Assembly (NCBI RefSeq): GCF_009914755.1
Contig: NC_060926.1
Strand: one strand, 5' to 3'
DNA: 64,000 nt
From: the human T2T-CHM13v2.0 reference genome, Homo sapiens
Shown here: piece after piece, positions 1-20,620 of the stretch
Numbering within the stretch: the first letter of the stretch is position 1
How the letters are laid out: every line of letters begins with the position of its first letter
Made by a program: the position numbers and the translations under genes
The notes under the pieces: model-generated
Told to the model about the DNA's origin: nothing
Databases searched by the model: none
Seen by the model: the letters and a program-made list of their open reading frames with translations, nothing else

Positions 1-21
1 TCCTCTATATAACTAAGTTCA

Positions 22-3994
<3,973 letters not shown>

Positions 3995-4133
3995 TTTTTT
4001 ACACTAAGCTCAAAGTGAATTACAATCACATATACATATCCAACACATATAACTTTTCCTAAAAACACATGGAGATATACAGATGAGTATAAGTGATACA
4101 TACATGTGTGTACATATGCACACATTTACACAG

Positions 4134-4163
<30 letters not shown>
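4134..4163. repeat. (CA)n(TA)n microsatellite
   Basis: Read directly from the sequence. Confidence 0.9.
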
Positions 4164-4164
<1 letters not shown>

Positions 4165-4263
4165 ATATTGATCTTGACATAGATGGTCCTTTTGAATGAA
4201 ATACATATATTTTTAGGTCTTTTATCTGCCTTTAAAATGTTTCATGTTTATGCTTCACATTAA

Positions 4264-4663
<400 letters not shown>

Positions 4664-5105
4664 TGACAGAACAGCTTCTTTAGGGAAGCTATTTGCTTAT
4701 AGACATTTATCCATTCAAATCTTTAGCCCAGTATTCTTTATATATATAGGGAAATCAAATGATAAATAATTGTAAAACAGCATGGATAGAATATGTTTAG
4801 TCAGAAAAACAAACGTAAGAATTAATAGTTCTTAAAAGTCTTGTAACCTATAAATATTCAGCCTACTGCAAACACTTTTCCACTAGAATGACTATAGACA
4901 TCAAAAGTGCAATTGTATTGGAAATTATTTTAGCTTGGACTGAGTTTACCAACCATCTCACATCCTCCGATAGTAAAGCAAAAAAAGCAGATTTGTTTTT
5001 TCTTACTTAGTATTTGAACCAACAAAAAAAAAAAAGGAAAAGAAAAAGCAACTAATTTCAGGTGTATCAATTTATAGACACTTAACAAACTGTCCATTAC
5101 AGCTT

Positions 5106-5107
<2 letters not shown>

Positions 5108-5144
<37 letters not shown>

Positions 5145-5279
5145 TTATACTTTAAGTTTTAGGGTACATGTGCACAATGTGCAGGTTAGTTACATATGTA
5201 TACATGTGCCATGCTGGTGCGCTGCACCCACTAACTCGTCATCTAGCATGGGTACCCGGTTCATCTCACTAGGGAGTGT
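5108..5279 (-). mobile_element. Miniature young L1 (L1PA2/3-like): ~100 nt 3' end plus (TAAA)n tail, joined to ~29 nt of inverted 5'UTR
   Basis: 13-bp TSD CATTACAGCTTTT at 5095-5107 and 5280-5292. 3' end reads ATGCTAGATGACGAGTTAGTGGGTGCAGCGCACCAGC on -. 5251-5278 GGTACCCGGTTCATCTCACTAGGGAGTG matches the L1 5'UTR on +. Confidence 0.9.
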
Positions 5280-7571
5280 CATTACAGCTTTTTGTAAGCA
5301 AAATAATTTACAGCAAAAATGTGGTATTTCTATTCAATATTATATGTATATACTAATATCAATGTAAAATTCATTTTGCTAAAAATTGTTCAACTACATC
5401 TTCAAATTGTATTGTATGCTTACTCAGGAAGTTCAAATCACAGTACTTTTGCTTACTGTTTTACTGAAACTGAACCTGCTCTTAAAGAGCCTTGGCATCA
5501 GAGCCTTGATGGCATTACTGACTGCAATATCCTTATTATCTTCAAGATTTTTCTCTTACTTATACTTTACTCTCCTTACAATCTTTCATAGAGGTAAAAA
5601 AACCAACAACTTTAAAAAAATCTGAAGTCTAGCAGTCTCTATTTGTTGAAAAGATACTGCTGAGAACATGAAAGGCTGGTATCTTTCTCACTGATTGAAC
5701 AAAAGCAGGACAGGTTTTCAGGGTCCAATTTTTTCTTTCTTCCAAGTCCTTCATTCTGTGTCAATGCTTTGAAAACCTTCAGGTTCAGAGCAATTGTTCT
5801 TCAAGTCACCTTTTTCCAATTTGAGTGATGTAGGGTAGGAGGCCCTTTCTATAAAAGGAAATATTGGTTATAATTCACTTTGCTCTTGCCTCATCTTTTT
5901 TAATAAAAGCAATAAATGGGTTATAGTAAGCCTATTGGTAAGAAATACAAAAGAAGTAACAATAAGAAGCCAAAATCACGGGTAAAAAAAAGACAGATTC
6001 AAAGACAAACATCTTTATTTTCACCACATCTTCTATATTCTTTTCCATCCAAATTATTATAGTACTGGAATATCACTCAATACAATGTGTTGGTTGGGTC
6101 CTTGACCTGCTCAAAAGAATTACTAACACATAATGATAGTTTGAAGCAGAATAAAGCAAACTGAAATAACCTAGTTTTATTTTCCATTTATCCTAGGTTC
6201 AACATGCACCCAACATGAATGAAAAATCAAATGTTAAATACAAAATGCATGCATTTAAATGTTTTTAGTAAGGAGTTCAATGCCTGGCTTTACAATTAGC
6301 CTCCATTACCTGGAAATCTGCCAAATTTGCAAGTTGCAAAATCCAATCCTGCAATTTGTGCCTTAGTTGTGTCTTAGTTTTGCCCTTCCTCATTGTACCT
6401 TATTATTTTATTGTGTGAAATTAGGAGTCATCAGAAAACCAGAAACATTCTTAATTAACACATTCAGTGTATTTCAAATATGCATATTATAGTGTAACAA
6501 TGAAAGGATAATGAAAATGGGGTATTTGATCTATGTTGAAGGAAGAAGACAAATGCCCCTCTCAGAGTTAAAAGCACTGGCAAGGGAAGAACCCCACAGA
6601 TTAGGCACTGGGTTAGATTTGTGGCTGAGAAGGAAAAAGTCCCCCAAGCTTGGGTCCTTAAAAGAGTTTCCTTTATGGTATTGATTGCGATCTTGGGCAA
6701 AAAACTAAAACTCATGGAGGAAGGCCCAAAAGAACCTTCTTCTACACCTCTGCATGTCACATACATGGAAAGAGAGAGGAGGAGCAGTAGAAAGGTAAGA
6801 CTCATACCAAATGTCAAGACATATGGTCTCTCTAACAAAACCCCAGAATTAGTAACTCTTTCCTTAAAGGAAACATGTATCCTCATAATAGAACCTCAAT
6901 GGCTAGCTAATTTGCAACAGGGAAGCCCTCATTTCTCTCAGCCTCCACAAAAGTGTCTGTTAGAGTACTTCAGGAGCTTTCCGAATAATCTTCTGGGTCA
7001 AAACAAGCCAAAATCTTTATTGTATATCCCATAGGTTTAGTGTATTACTTGGCAATGTCAGGCGAGGAGCCACATGTGGCCTGTCGGTTGCACCAAAATG
7101 CCAATGAGATTGAAAAAGAACATGCACAAAGGAGTTAAAGTAACATATCTCTGAGATAATTTAACGCACTGAACTCTCTGCCCCTAACTCTCTCACATAC
7201 AATATTTCTGGTCATGTGGCTCTGTGCAAAACCTAAACACAAATTATACTTTTTGTTCTATCAAGTAAATCTCAAATCAGCTCCTGCTCTGATATGCATT
7301 TCTGAAAATTCCAGGTTAATCTCAACTAGTGCTGGGTGTCAGGAGCAGCTGCATCAGGGATATAGCCCAAGCAATATGCATGGTAGTAATGAGTATGTAT
7401 TGATACTCTTTTTTCTTCTATAAAATGTGCTTGGGACTTTGTATTCATAGTAGTTGTCACAAAGATCTTGCAAAATAAACATAATTTTTTAAAAACAAGG
7501 CAAATAAGCTGCACTTTTTGTTGTTTTATATTTGACTTATATACTTGAAAGAGAGAAATATCCTCACATTT

Positions 7572-7622
7572 TTCTTCTTCTTCTTCTTCTTCTTCTTCTT
7601 CTTCTTCTTCTTCTTCTTCTTC
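7572..7622. repeat. Pure (TTC/GAA)17 trinucleotide repeat in an Alu tail
   Basis: Read directly; abuts the antisense AluJ. Confidence 0.95.
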
Positions 7623-7915
7623 TTTTTCTTTTGAGATAAGTTCTCACTCTGTCACACAGGCTGGAGTGCATTGGTGCAGTCATGGCTCACTACAGCCTCA
7701 ATCTTCTGGTCTCAAGTAATCTTCCCCCCTCAGTCTCCCAATTACCTGCTATTAACAGATGCACAACACCATGCCTGGCTAATTTTTAAATTTTTTGTAG
7801 AGATGGGGTCTCACCATGTTGCCCAGGCTAGTCTTGAACTTCTTGGTTCAAGCGACACTCTTTCCTCCACCTCCCAAATTGCTGGGACTACAAGTGTGAG
7901 CCACTGTGTCCAGCC
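7623..7915 (-). mobile_element. AluJ
   Basis: Diverged antisense Alu dimer with J-type features (CATGGCTCACTACAGCCTC, GTTGCCCAGGCTAGTCTTGAAC). Confidence 0.9.
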
Positions 7916-8169
7916 TAACTATTCAATATATATGCCACTAACTTTCTATGTCTTTACTTCTCTATTGCCCACTAAACTTTCTTCTTTTCCATAAATTATG
8001 CCTACCTAAAATATTTCCTTAAAGAGTTAAAACACAAGACATAGTTTTAGCATATATATTAAATAGGAAAAAAACAAAGCATATACATATACATTACATA
8101 TACATTATTAACATATACATATACATTAAACATGTAGATAATTATATGTAAGTGCAGGTAACTTTTTTC

Positions 8170-8650
8170 CTTCACAGCAATGGAAATGGCTCTGCATATG
8201 TGTCTGCAACTTGCTCTTACACTTATTTGATCATGGCAATTTCCCTAAGGCAATATGCACACACTGAACTTATTTTACAAAGAAAAAAGTTTACATAATA
8301 TTTATAGTAGAGATGTATCACAATTTATTTGACCATTCCTCTGCAGAGACACAATTTTGAGATTTCAAATAATGTAATATGCATACGTATCATTGCAGCT
8401 CTCCAGGGACATAATCTTAAGTACTGACAAACTGCAAAAGAAAAAGAAATGTTGCAACAATCCAGATTTTCATTAACAGTACAGAAGGAGAGCTCATTTT
8501 TCTGTGCTCTTGGCAACACTGACCCTTAACTTTTAAAATTATTTTCATACAAAATAAGTTTAGCCATTTGGCTTTAATTTGCATTTCTTTTATATTTAGA
8601 GATGCTGAATATTTTTCATGTATCTTGGGCATTTGTAATGTTGTAATTTT
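8170..8650 (-). mobile_element. Old L1M fragment (ORF2 C-terminus/3' region)
   Basis: Peptide HEKYSASLNIKEMQIK resembles L1 ORF2 [17 protein letters not shown]. Confidence 0.6.
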
Positions 8651-10329
8651 GTAAACTCCCTCAAGTAAACTCTCTTTCTTCTTTTGTTACTTTACTCATT
8701 ATATATTATTTCACTTTATATTTTTTATTTGTTATATATCTCCATTATTTTCTATTGTATTTTGCAGTTCTTTGATGTATTAAGATTTCTTTGTTGCTTA
8801 TTTTTATTTATTTCAAACGATCAGTGTCCTCTGGCATAGAATGGAAGAGAGGAAATAGCAGGAGTAATATCTTTAAAATATTAGCAACCCATTACATTGG
8901 CTAATTGTATGGTTTTTTTTTAAGGCAGTTCATGTTTTAAAACATACTTAATACATATGACACATAAGGCTTCTTTCTTAGCAACTGGCATAACTTAATT
9001 TACTTTCAAATTGCATTTTCAACTTTCTTTGGATTTATAAAAAAGTGCATGTCAACAGAGCAGAATTTAAAAGGTGACAAACTGTGAAGAATTAAAACTT
9101 CTAATTTAACAGATGAGCAATTGCAAATAACAAAATTGCAGACAAACACAACTTTAATGAAAGGTGACATGCTGGAGATTCTTTTTTTGTCTTGTGCTTT
9201 TTCATCAGGTAACAACAAATTAGTTTAGGAAACCATACTAGAATGCTGTGATTGCAATAACCAGCTCATGGCCCATGCTGTTAGCTTTGTTTTTTGTTTG
9301 TTTTCTGAAACCATACATGACACTTCTTTTGTGCTAAGTAGATATTTTCTTCACTCAGATGTATCACAAGTTGTTCAAGTCCAGACTAGTTCTATATGTT
9401 ATTGCTACCTATCTGCTGCTGCTTTATTTATGGTTTCTCCTTTGGAAAGTGTTGTTTTTCTTAGTGTTCAGATCTAGAGAGACCTGCAATGGCCATACAG
9501 AGGGATATATGTGAAATATATAACTTCTTTCCCAGGAAGTCACAGTTTGGCTCTCTAAAACCAAGACCCTGTTTAATTCCACCTGTTTGTCTTTTCTGGT
9601 ATATTTTGCTGTCAATATAACGGGTAGGGGCATAACGTGACATGGATATCTATTTTAATATGGCAACATGTTATGTATTTTTCATAACTGTGAAGGAAAA
9701 AGAATTCAGCTTCTTTGCTTATTTAGCAGACAAGTCATTAAAAAGACTACTAAATAGGCATCTGATTGTACCACAAAATGATCTACAAAACAGAACATCT
9801 AGCTGATTTTATCTTAGCTATTGATGATATAAAAGCATCTATAATGTTCCTTCTTATCAAGTAAGGAGAAAAAGATATTTTAAAAATTTATTTCCATATG
9901 TATTATGAAGCAATAATTTAGGGCTAGCTACATCTCTCATGAGTATCACTAGAGAGCTATTGAACTTTAAATATTAGCAACCTACTATAATAAATGTTCG
10001 ATTTCAATGTTAATGATTCCTCCATAGCCTATTATTTTAGAAATTTAGAAATTGTTAATACTACTTTATGTGCCAAAAGTCATGGCACACAACCTAATAT
10101 GCATTATAATACATATATATGCACACACACACACATACATATATGGCACACTGCCTAATATGTGTTGCAACATTTATATATACATACACACATATATGTC
10201 TGTGTAAGTTCATATATAGTAATATATATATTACAATATATACCTATAACAATGTTTAACAAATTAATGATCAAGATATCCAGACAATGAAAATCAAGTT
10301 ACTACCATTATGAAAAGAAACCTGTGTAA

Positions 10330-11010
10330 ATATGTAAATATTAATATTTGTACTTCCTAAGGGAAGACCACACCACCACCTATCAAGTAGACTTTCCCAA
10401 GAAAAAGAAATTCTTCCTGATCTTTCCAGTGTACTAGTTTCAACTACTAATAAATAGTGAATATAGATAATGGAACATATTGATCATATGTTAGAACATA
10501 TTAATCATATCACCAATCAATTCAGAGACACAATCAGTACAATTTAAACTGTAGGAAACATTGTTAATCACATGTCTTAGTTATTTCAACAAATACATTG
10601 CAAGGAAAAAAAAGAGATAGGGTGGAAGTCCATAGACAAAGAGATACAAACAACATAACAAACCAAACATACGAGTTTTACTTGAATACTTAGGCAAACA
10701 ACCAAAAAATATGACATTTATGAGACAATTTGAAATGTGATAATTGACTAGATATTTAATAATATTAGAAATTATAATTAAAGTCTTAATATAGTGTTTT
10801 GATAATTTTTAAGAAGTAAATATTAAAATAGTTACTAAGGAATTAACAAGAGATATAGAAAGTTTTTTAGTAACATGAAAGGAAGGGAAATGAGTGAAAG
10901 TATAGATGAGAAAACACTGGCCATGAGATGCTAATTTTTGAAGCTGGATGATAGGAACATGGAAGCTCTATTTTTGTATATGTTTGAAATAGTTCATAAT
11001 AAAAAGTTTA
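10330..11010 (+). mobile_element. Old L1MC/L1ME-type 3'UTR fragment
   Basis: Ends in the typical ...TTTTGTATATGTTTGAAATAGTTCATAATAAAAAG terminus. Confidence 0.55.
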
Positions 11011-11599
11011 AGAATGAAATAAAATTATACATTTGGAATGGTAAAATTGATTTCAATTAGCACTTTACTATAATACAAAATAAACATTGACTATCAAGAC
11101 ATCATAATATATCTCATTCGCTAAAATAAAGGAATACAATATGTTAAGTATTTTAAAAGATTAAATTGATAATTTAACCTTCCCAAAGGCAAAAATTAAA
11201 TACTACATAACTTTGTAGGCCACACAATTCTTGGCATATAACAGTTACTCAAAAACTCACTTTCATTTATTGATTTTGTTTTGTCATATCAGAATAAGGA
11301 GAATTAAACAACATATGCAAGAAACATCTGACAAATCTGAGATGTGTTTTCCATTTAACAATTTTTTAATGTAGGTATAGTGATAAATATGGATACGCAT
11401 ATAGACAGAAAGTTATATTTATGTAATAATAAGTTTTAAATAATTTTCAGTCCGTTTTTAAGAACAATCAGTTAATGTAATTTTTATAATTGATATACTA
11501 TTACTTTGAAAAAAGTTAATTAAGAAAATAACAATGAGCAAAAGAATTGCGTTGCTAACTTTATCTGGGAATTCCTACTCTAAAAGCCAAGTTTCATTC

Positions 11600-11795
11600 T
11601 CATGTGGCATCATTTATAAAGCACTAACCAAAATAACTACAAATGAGTGAAATATAATGGAAACATGAGTATTGAGCCTGATGCATTTGTGAAAAAGTAA
11701 GTTATGTCAGGCAAACTTAATTACTTTCTCAATTGAATTACATAATTAACGGATGAAGTGACTGTAGTAGATGTGATAGATTTATATTTTATAGA
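11600..11795 (+). mobile_element. Ancient CR1/L3 LINE reverse-transcriptase fragment
   Basis: Frameshifted reading AFVKK/LCQANLITF/IT*LTDEVTVVDVIDLYF resembles CR1 GFVKNKSCQTNLISFF..IT.LVDEG.AVDVIYLDF. Confidence 0.55.
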
Positions 11796-12276
11796 GTTGA
11801 TGCAATGACTAAGAATTATGATTTGAAAAATGGATTGAATTGTCATACATGAGTTGACATTTCTTATTGAAAATGGAAACACCAATTAAATCTGTTGACG
11901 AAACGGATAAGGTCTACAAATTAGTAATCAAACCTACTCATAAATTCCCTCTCTTATGAACCTTTAGTAAATGATGATGGCACACTGAGCTCTAACATAC
12001 CTCTCAAGTTCTCTAAACACAGAAACTGAGACCAAATAATCAAGGAACTCGATTCATTCCAGGGAAAGAAGAAAGCTAAGCTAGTGAGGTCACCTGTGTT
12101 CTTATTTCTTCTTTCACTGACTCCTTTTCATCATGTAATTTGGAAATTTGCATACCTCTACCTTTACTGTAACTTATAAAGAAAGAAGTGATAAAAATCA
12201 ACGTCATTAAATGTTGGTAGTTAAATGCATTATGCCTCACAGAAGTTTTGGTGATATTTATATTTTTAAAAATTAT

Positions 12277-13362
<1,086 letters not shown>

Positions 13363-13733
13363 CCAAGAGATCATTCACTATTGCTGAATGTGCTGATATT
13401 AATGACGCAACCGTTATTTTTGGACCAAAAGTTTACTAGAAGTCCTTGACACGCCAAAATAGTGGCATGCCGGGATTTCTGCACTCCTCTGTACAGTGAA
13501 AGACATTCTGATGTGCTCACAATCAGGCCTTCTTCCCTAATGTGGGTGCTCTCCACTCTGGTTTTCTAAGACCCTGCTGGATATGTATGGATGCCAGATC
13601 AGTAGTTCACTACTAAGGTTTATTGCCTTATTTTCCCTACTGTGAGTTAACATACATTTTGTGTTTGTTCACTCTGTCCTGCATGTAAGAAGAGAAAGCA
13701 GTAACAGATTTAGGTTTTCATGATTTATTCACT

Positions 13734-13775
13734 CATCCATCCATCCATCCATCCATCCATCCATCCATTCATCCA
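13734..13775. repeat. (CATC)n tetranucleotide repeat
   Basis: Read directly from the sequence. Confidence 0.9.
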
Positions 13776-13964
13776 TGCAGTCAACAAGCAATGAATACCT
13801 TCTCAATACCTTTATAGTATGGCCTCAGAAAAATAAATACGCTAAGGCCATGAAATGGAAATGCCATGAGATCAGGATTTTATCTTTATTTACCATGTGC
13901 CCTCACATCTAGAACAGGACTTTAGTGGGCATTCAATATTTGTTAAATGAGTAAAGTTGGCAAT

Positions 13965-14160
13965 ATACATTGAGCACTAATACATAAGCCTTATTCTAAT
14001 TAATTTTCTCTTTTTAAATCTCACAGCAACCTTTTAACAAATGTACCATTATAATCTCCACTTTGTGCTTGAAGAAACTGCAGTACAGTACACATTATAG
14101 ATACCTCGACCAACATCACACAACTGGCAGGTCTTGGTTCTAAGCAAGAGAGTCTAACTT
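13965..14160 (-). mobile_element. MIR
   Basis: Core-like CCATTATAATCTCCACTTTGTGCTTGAAGAAACTG...CATCACACAACTGGCAG. Confidence 0.55.
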
Positions 14161-14571
14161 GCAGGCATTCAGAGATGATGTAGTCTGCTTAAATGTTCAC
14201 AAAGTGGCTGGTCACATAAAACAGACCAACAAACTATGCAACCAGAGGACATAAAAGCAGAGAAATATAAAATTAGACACTACTTACTTTTCAATTGCAA
14301 AACTCCTGTACAAAAATTACAAAACCTCTGTACAACAACAACAACAACAACAAAAAAAAGAATAGTCATGAAAAATAGCCTAAGTCAAGAAATTTATAAA
14401 TCCATTGATACCTATGAATTTTATCCATATGCTTTATTTAAATGTTAAATATTTGGTAAAATAAAATTTTCTTTTTCCCTGAAAAAAGTCTCATTTTTCT
14501 ATAACTTAAAAGTTAAGATTTATCTTTTATCTTTTTGAAAATGTTCTGTTTTTCCACAATAATACAACTCA

Positions 14572-14870
14572 GGCCGGGCGCGGTGGCTCACGCCTGTAAT
14601 CCCAGCACTTTGGGAGGCCGAGGCAGGCAGATCACGAGGTCAGGAGATGGAGACCATCCTGGCTAACACGGTGAAACCCCGTCTCTACCAAAAATACAAA
14701 AAATTAGCTGGGCGTGGTGGCGGAAGCCGGTAGTCCCAGCTACTCAGGAGGCTGAGGCAGGAGAATGGCAGGAACCCAGGAGGCGGAGCTTGCAGTGAGC
14801 CGAGTTCGCGCCACTGCACTCCAGCGCCACTGCACTCGCGACAGAGCGAGACTCCGTCTCAAAAAAGAAA
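14572..14870 (+). mobile_element. AluY, CpG-rich, with a 14-bp internal duplication
   Basis: GGCCGGGCGCGGTGG start; Y diagnostics GATCACGAGGTCAGGAGAT, GCTAACACGGTG, GGAGCTTGCAGTG. Confidence 0.95.
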
Positions 14871-15159
14871 ATACATTTAGCAAAAACAAGAAAAATGCAT
14901 TTTAAATATGTCAATACTTCATTCTTTAAAGAAATATGATTTGTTGTCATTATGGTTTAAAATATGTATTTGTTTTAATACTTGCATTCAAATGAATTAT
15001 AATATTTCTTTTAAATACCTTGTTCTAAAAATGAAATTGAAACCTGCTGAGGAATGTTAGGGACTCCCTTGATTTAAGGTTTGTTTGTATCTATAACCTT
15101 GTAAGCACTCTTAATGCCCTTTCATAACTACTGATTTGGGTGACTCCATTTTGATTACC

Positions 15160-15300
15160 ATAGATTCATAAAACCACAAGATTGGAAGAGACCTTGAGAG
15201 GTCGTTTACATCTCCACTCTCAGGTGGAACCCTACTTAACTGTCCCTGACAAATGTATGTCTATTCTATTTTTAAAGTCATGCTGTAAAGGAAGTTTATA
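15160..15300 (-). mobile_element. L3/CR1 3'-end fragment
   Basis: ATAGATTCATAAAACCACAAGATTGGAAGAGACCTTGAGAGGTC...TCCCTGACAAATG resembles the antisense CR1/L3 tail. Confidence 0.5.
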
Positions 15301-16314
15301 TAAATTAATTATACATATAGCTCTATAAAATAAAGAGCTCAGAATACTGCTACTGATTTAACCAAGCAAATTATTATTGATTCCACCAGATCTTACATGG
15401 CCCCAACTCTTTTTTTTTCCTTACAAATCAGTAGCATCTTAAGGATTCGAAATTCTCGTCTACTTCTGAGGATATAAGTAACGACTTCTCACCAGCATTT
15501 TTACTAACTAGAACAAGCGAGACACCACAGCAACTGCAACATTAGGAAAGGCAAAGTGTAAGTAAACTAGAATCCCTAATGCCAAACGATACTTTCAAAT
15601 GGAGATCAATAAAAGTCAAGGTAAATACAGATATATATAAAATGCATTCTAGTAAATGAATGCAAATACTGATGAAGATTTTCCCTACTTTAACTTTATA
15701 TGATCTTTCCCTGTGGCCTTACGTCTATTGCACACATCATTCATTAGATTATGAAAACCATTAATGTCAAGAAGCAGAACAAAATGAATTCACTAAGGGG
15801 CTGCTATTAGCATATCAAGCAGCTATTTCTCACTAAATATTCCTGACAGCTCTCATTACATATGATGGATGAGCTTTATAAGTAGTAGTAGTTTCCAAGG
15901 AAAATAAAAATCTTTAAGCCTACTACCACGTGTGGCTGAGAAACTAGCAATCATCTTTCAACAGTTTATGTTTTCCTTTTCTCTTTTTAAGGAGAAAGTG
16001 TTATAAAATTCACAGGTAGGTTAAATGCCCAAATCAAAATTCATTTAGAAACTGCAAGTCTAATGACCTAACTGTTGTAAGTGCTTTTGGTGAAGATACA
16101 TTGGACCACTCGTCCAAATAATCTACAAACATAGGGAATGACAGTAAACTGAGAAAAGCATTTGGAAATTAGAATTTTGGAAGACTTTTTACTGGAGGTA
16201 CTTAAAACAAGCAGAGGAACTCAGAACATAGGCTAAAAGGCAAAAAAAAAAAAAACCCCCACTATTCTATATTTTTTATTTTCAAAAGAGTATTTTAAAA
16301 ACACTGTAAGTTTT

Positions 16315-19797
<3,483 letters not shown>

Positions 19798-19939
19798 AAA
19801 AACACCATAAGTTTTTAACATGAGTGAGAGAAAATTATAATAGCTATAACAATATTGTTTGTTTTCCTGTTCAAGTGAGAAGAGAGAATTTTAAGTCTCA
19901 AGAATTACAACCATGTAACATCAAGACACTATAGTCTCT

Positions 19940-20280
19940 AAATCATATTTCAGAAACTATAGCACAGATTGAATTCAGCCTGTGGAAGTGCTTCATTTGA
20001 TCTACACAATATATTTTTTAAATTCAAATTAATTGTCAGTGTTTAAAAATCAAAGGATTGCAAACAGATGTCTACATTTCTGGTTACTTTTAAAAATGTA
20101 GCAGCAATTGTTAGATATATCAGCATTAATTCTCCCTTTTACCATAAACCTCTCCTCTCCATAGTGGTCCTTGGTGAATAGGCAGGGTGTTTGTAGTCTT
20201 TTATTATTTGAATTGTATTATCGTTTGTCTAATGGTGGAGAAATATTCCTCTATGAAATGCGGGGAAAACAATAGACTGA
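19940..20280. mobile_element. Degenerate hAT-Charlie fossil (MER102-like)
   Basis: TTTTTAAATTCAAATTAATTGTCAGTGTTTAAAAATC...ATTTCTGGTTACTTTTAAAAA resembles MER102. Confidence 0.35.
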
Positions 20281-20285
20281 GAGGG

Positions 20286-20620
20286 TGATGTGATGTAAAT
20301 ATCTCCCTTCCAAAGTTCTTAATCCCCCTTGTGCTGGTATTAAGAGGTGGAGCCTTTTGGTAAGGGCCTCATAGATGAATTAGTGCCTTATAAAAGGCTT
20401 TTAGGCCCTTTTTGCCCGTCTGCCTTCTGCTATGTGAAGACAGAGCAACAAGGCACCGTCTTGGAAGCAGAGAGACTGGGCCCTCACGGACATGGAACTG
20501 ATGATGCCTTAATATTGGACTTCCCAGCCTCCATAACTGTAAGAACATACATTTCCGTTCTTTATAAATTACCCAGTCTCAAGTATTTTATGATAGGAGC
20601 ACAAAGAGATAACTAAGACA
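20286..20620 (+). mobile_element. Solo MaLR LTR (MSTD/MLT1A-like)
   Basis: TG...CA ends; GGACTTCCCAGCCTCCATAACTGTAAGAA...TTTATAAATTACCCAGTCTCAAGTATT...ACTAAGACA. Confidence 0.85.

Noticed and set aside
6464-7034. Two overlapping antiparallel ORFs of ~140 aa in apparently unique DNA
   Set aside because: No recognisable domain or exon structure; compatible with chance ORFs.
10082-10200. Degenerate ~60-bp tandem duplication (ATGGCACAC..CCTAATATG); similar small slippage repeats near 8080, 52832 and 55222
   Set aside because: Ordinary low-complexity slippage; not spacer-repeat (CRISPR-like) arrays.
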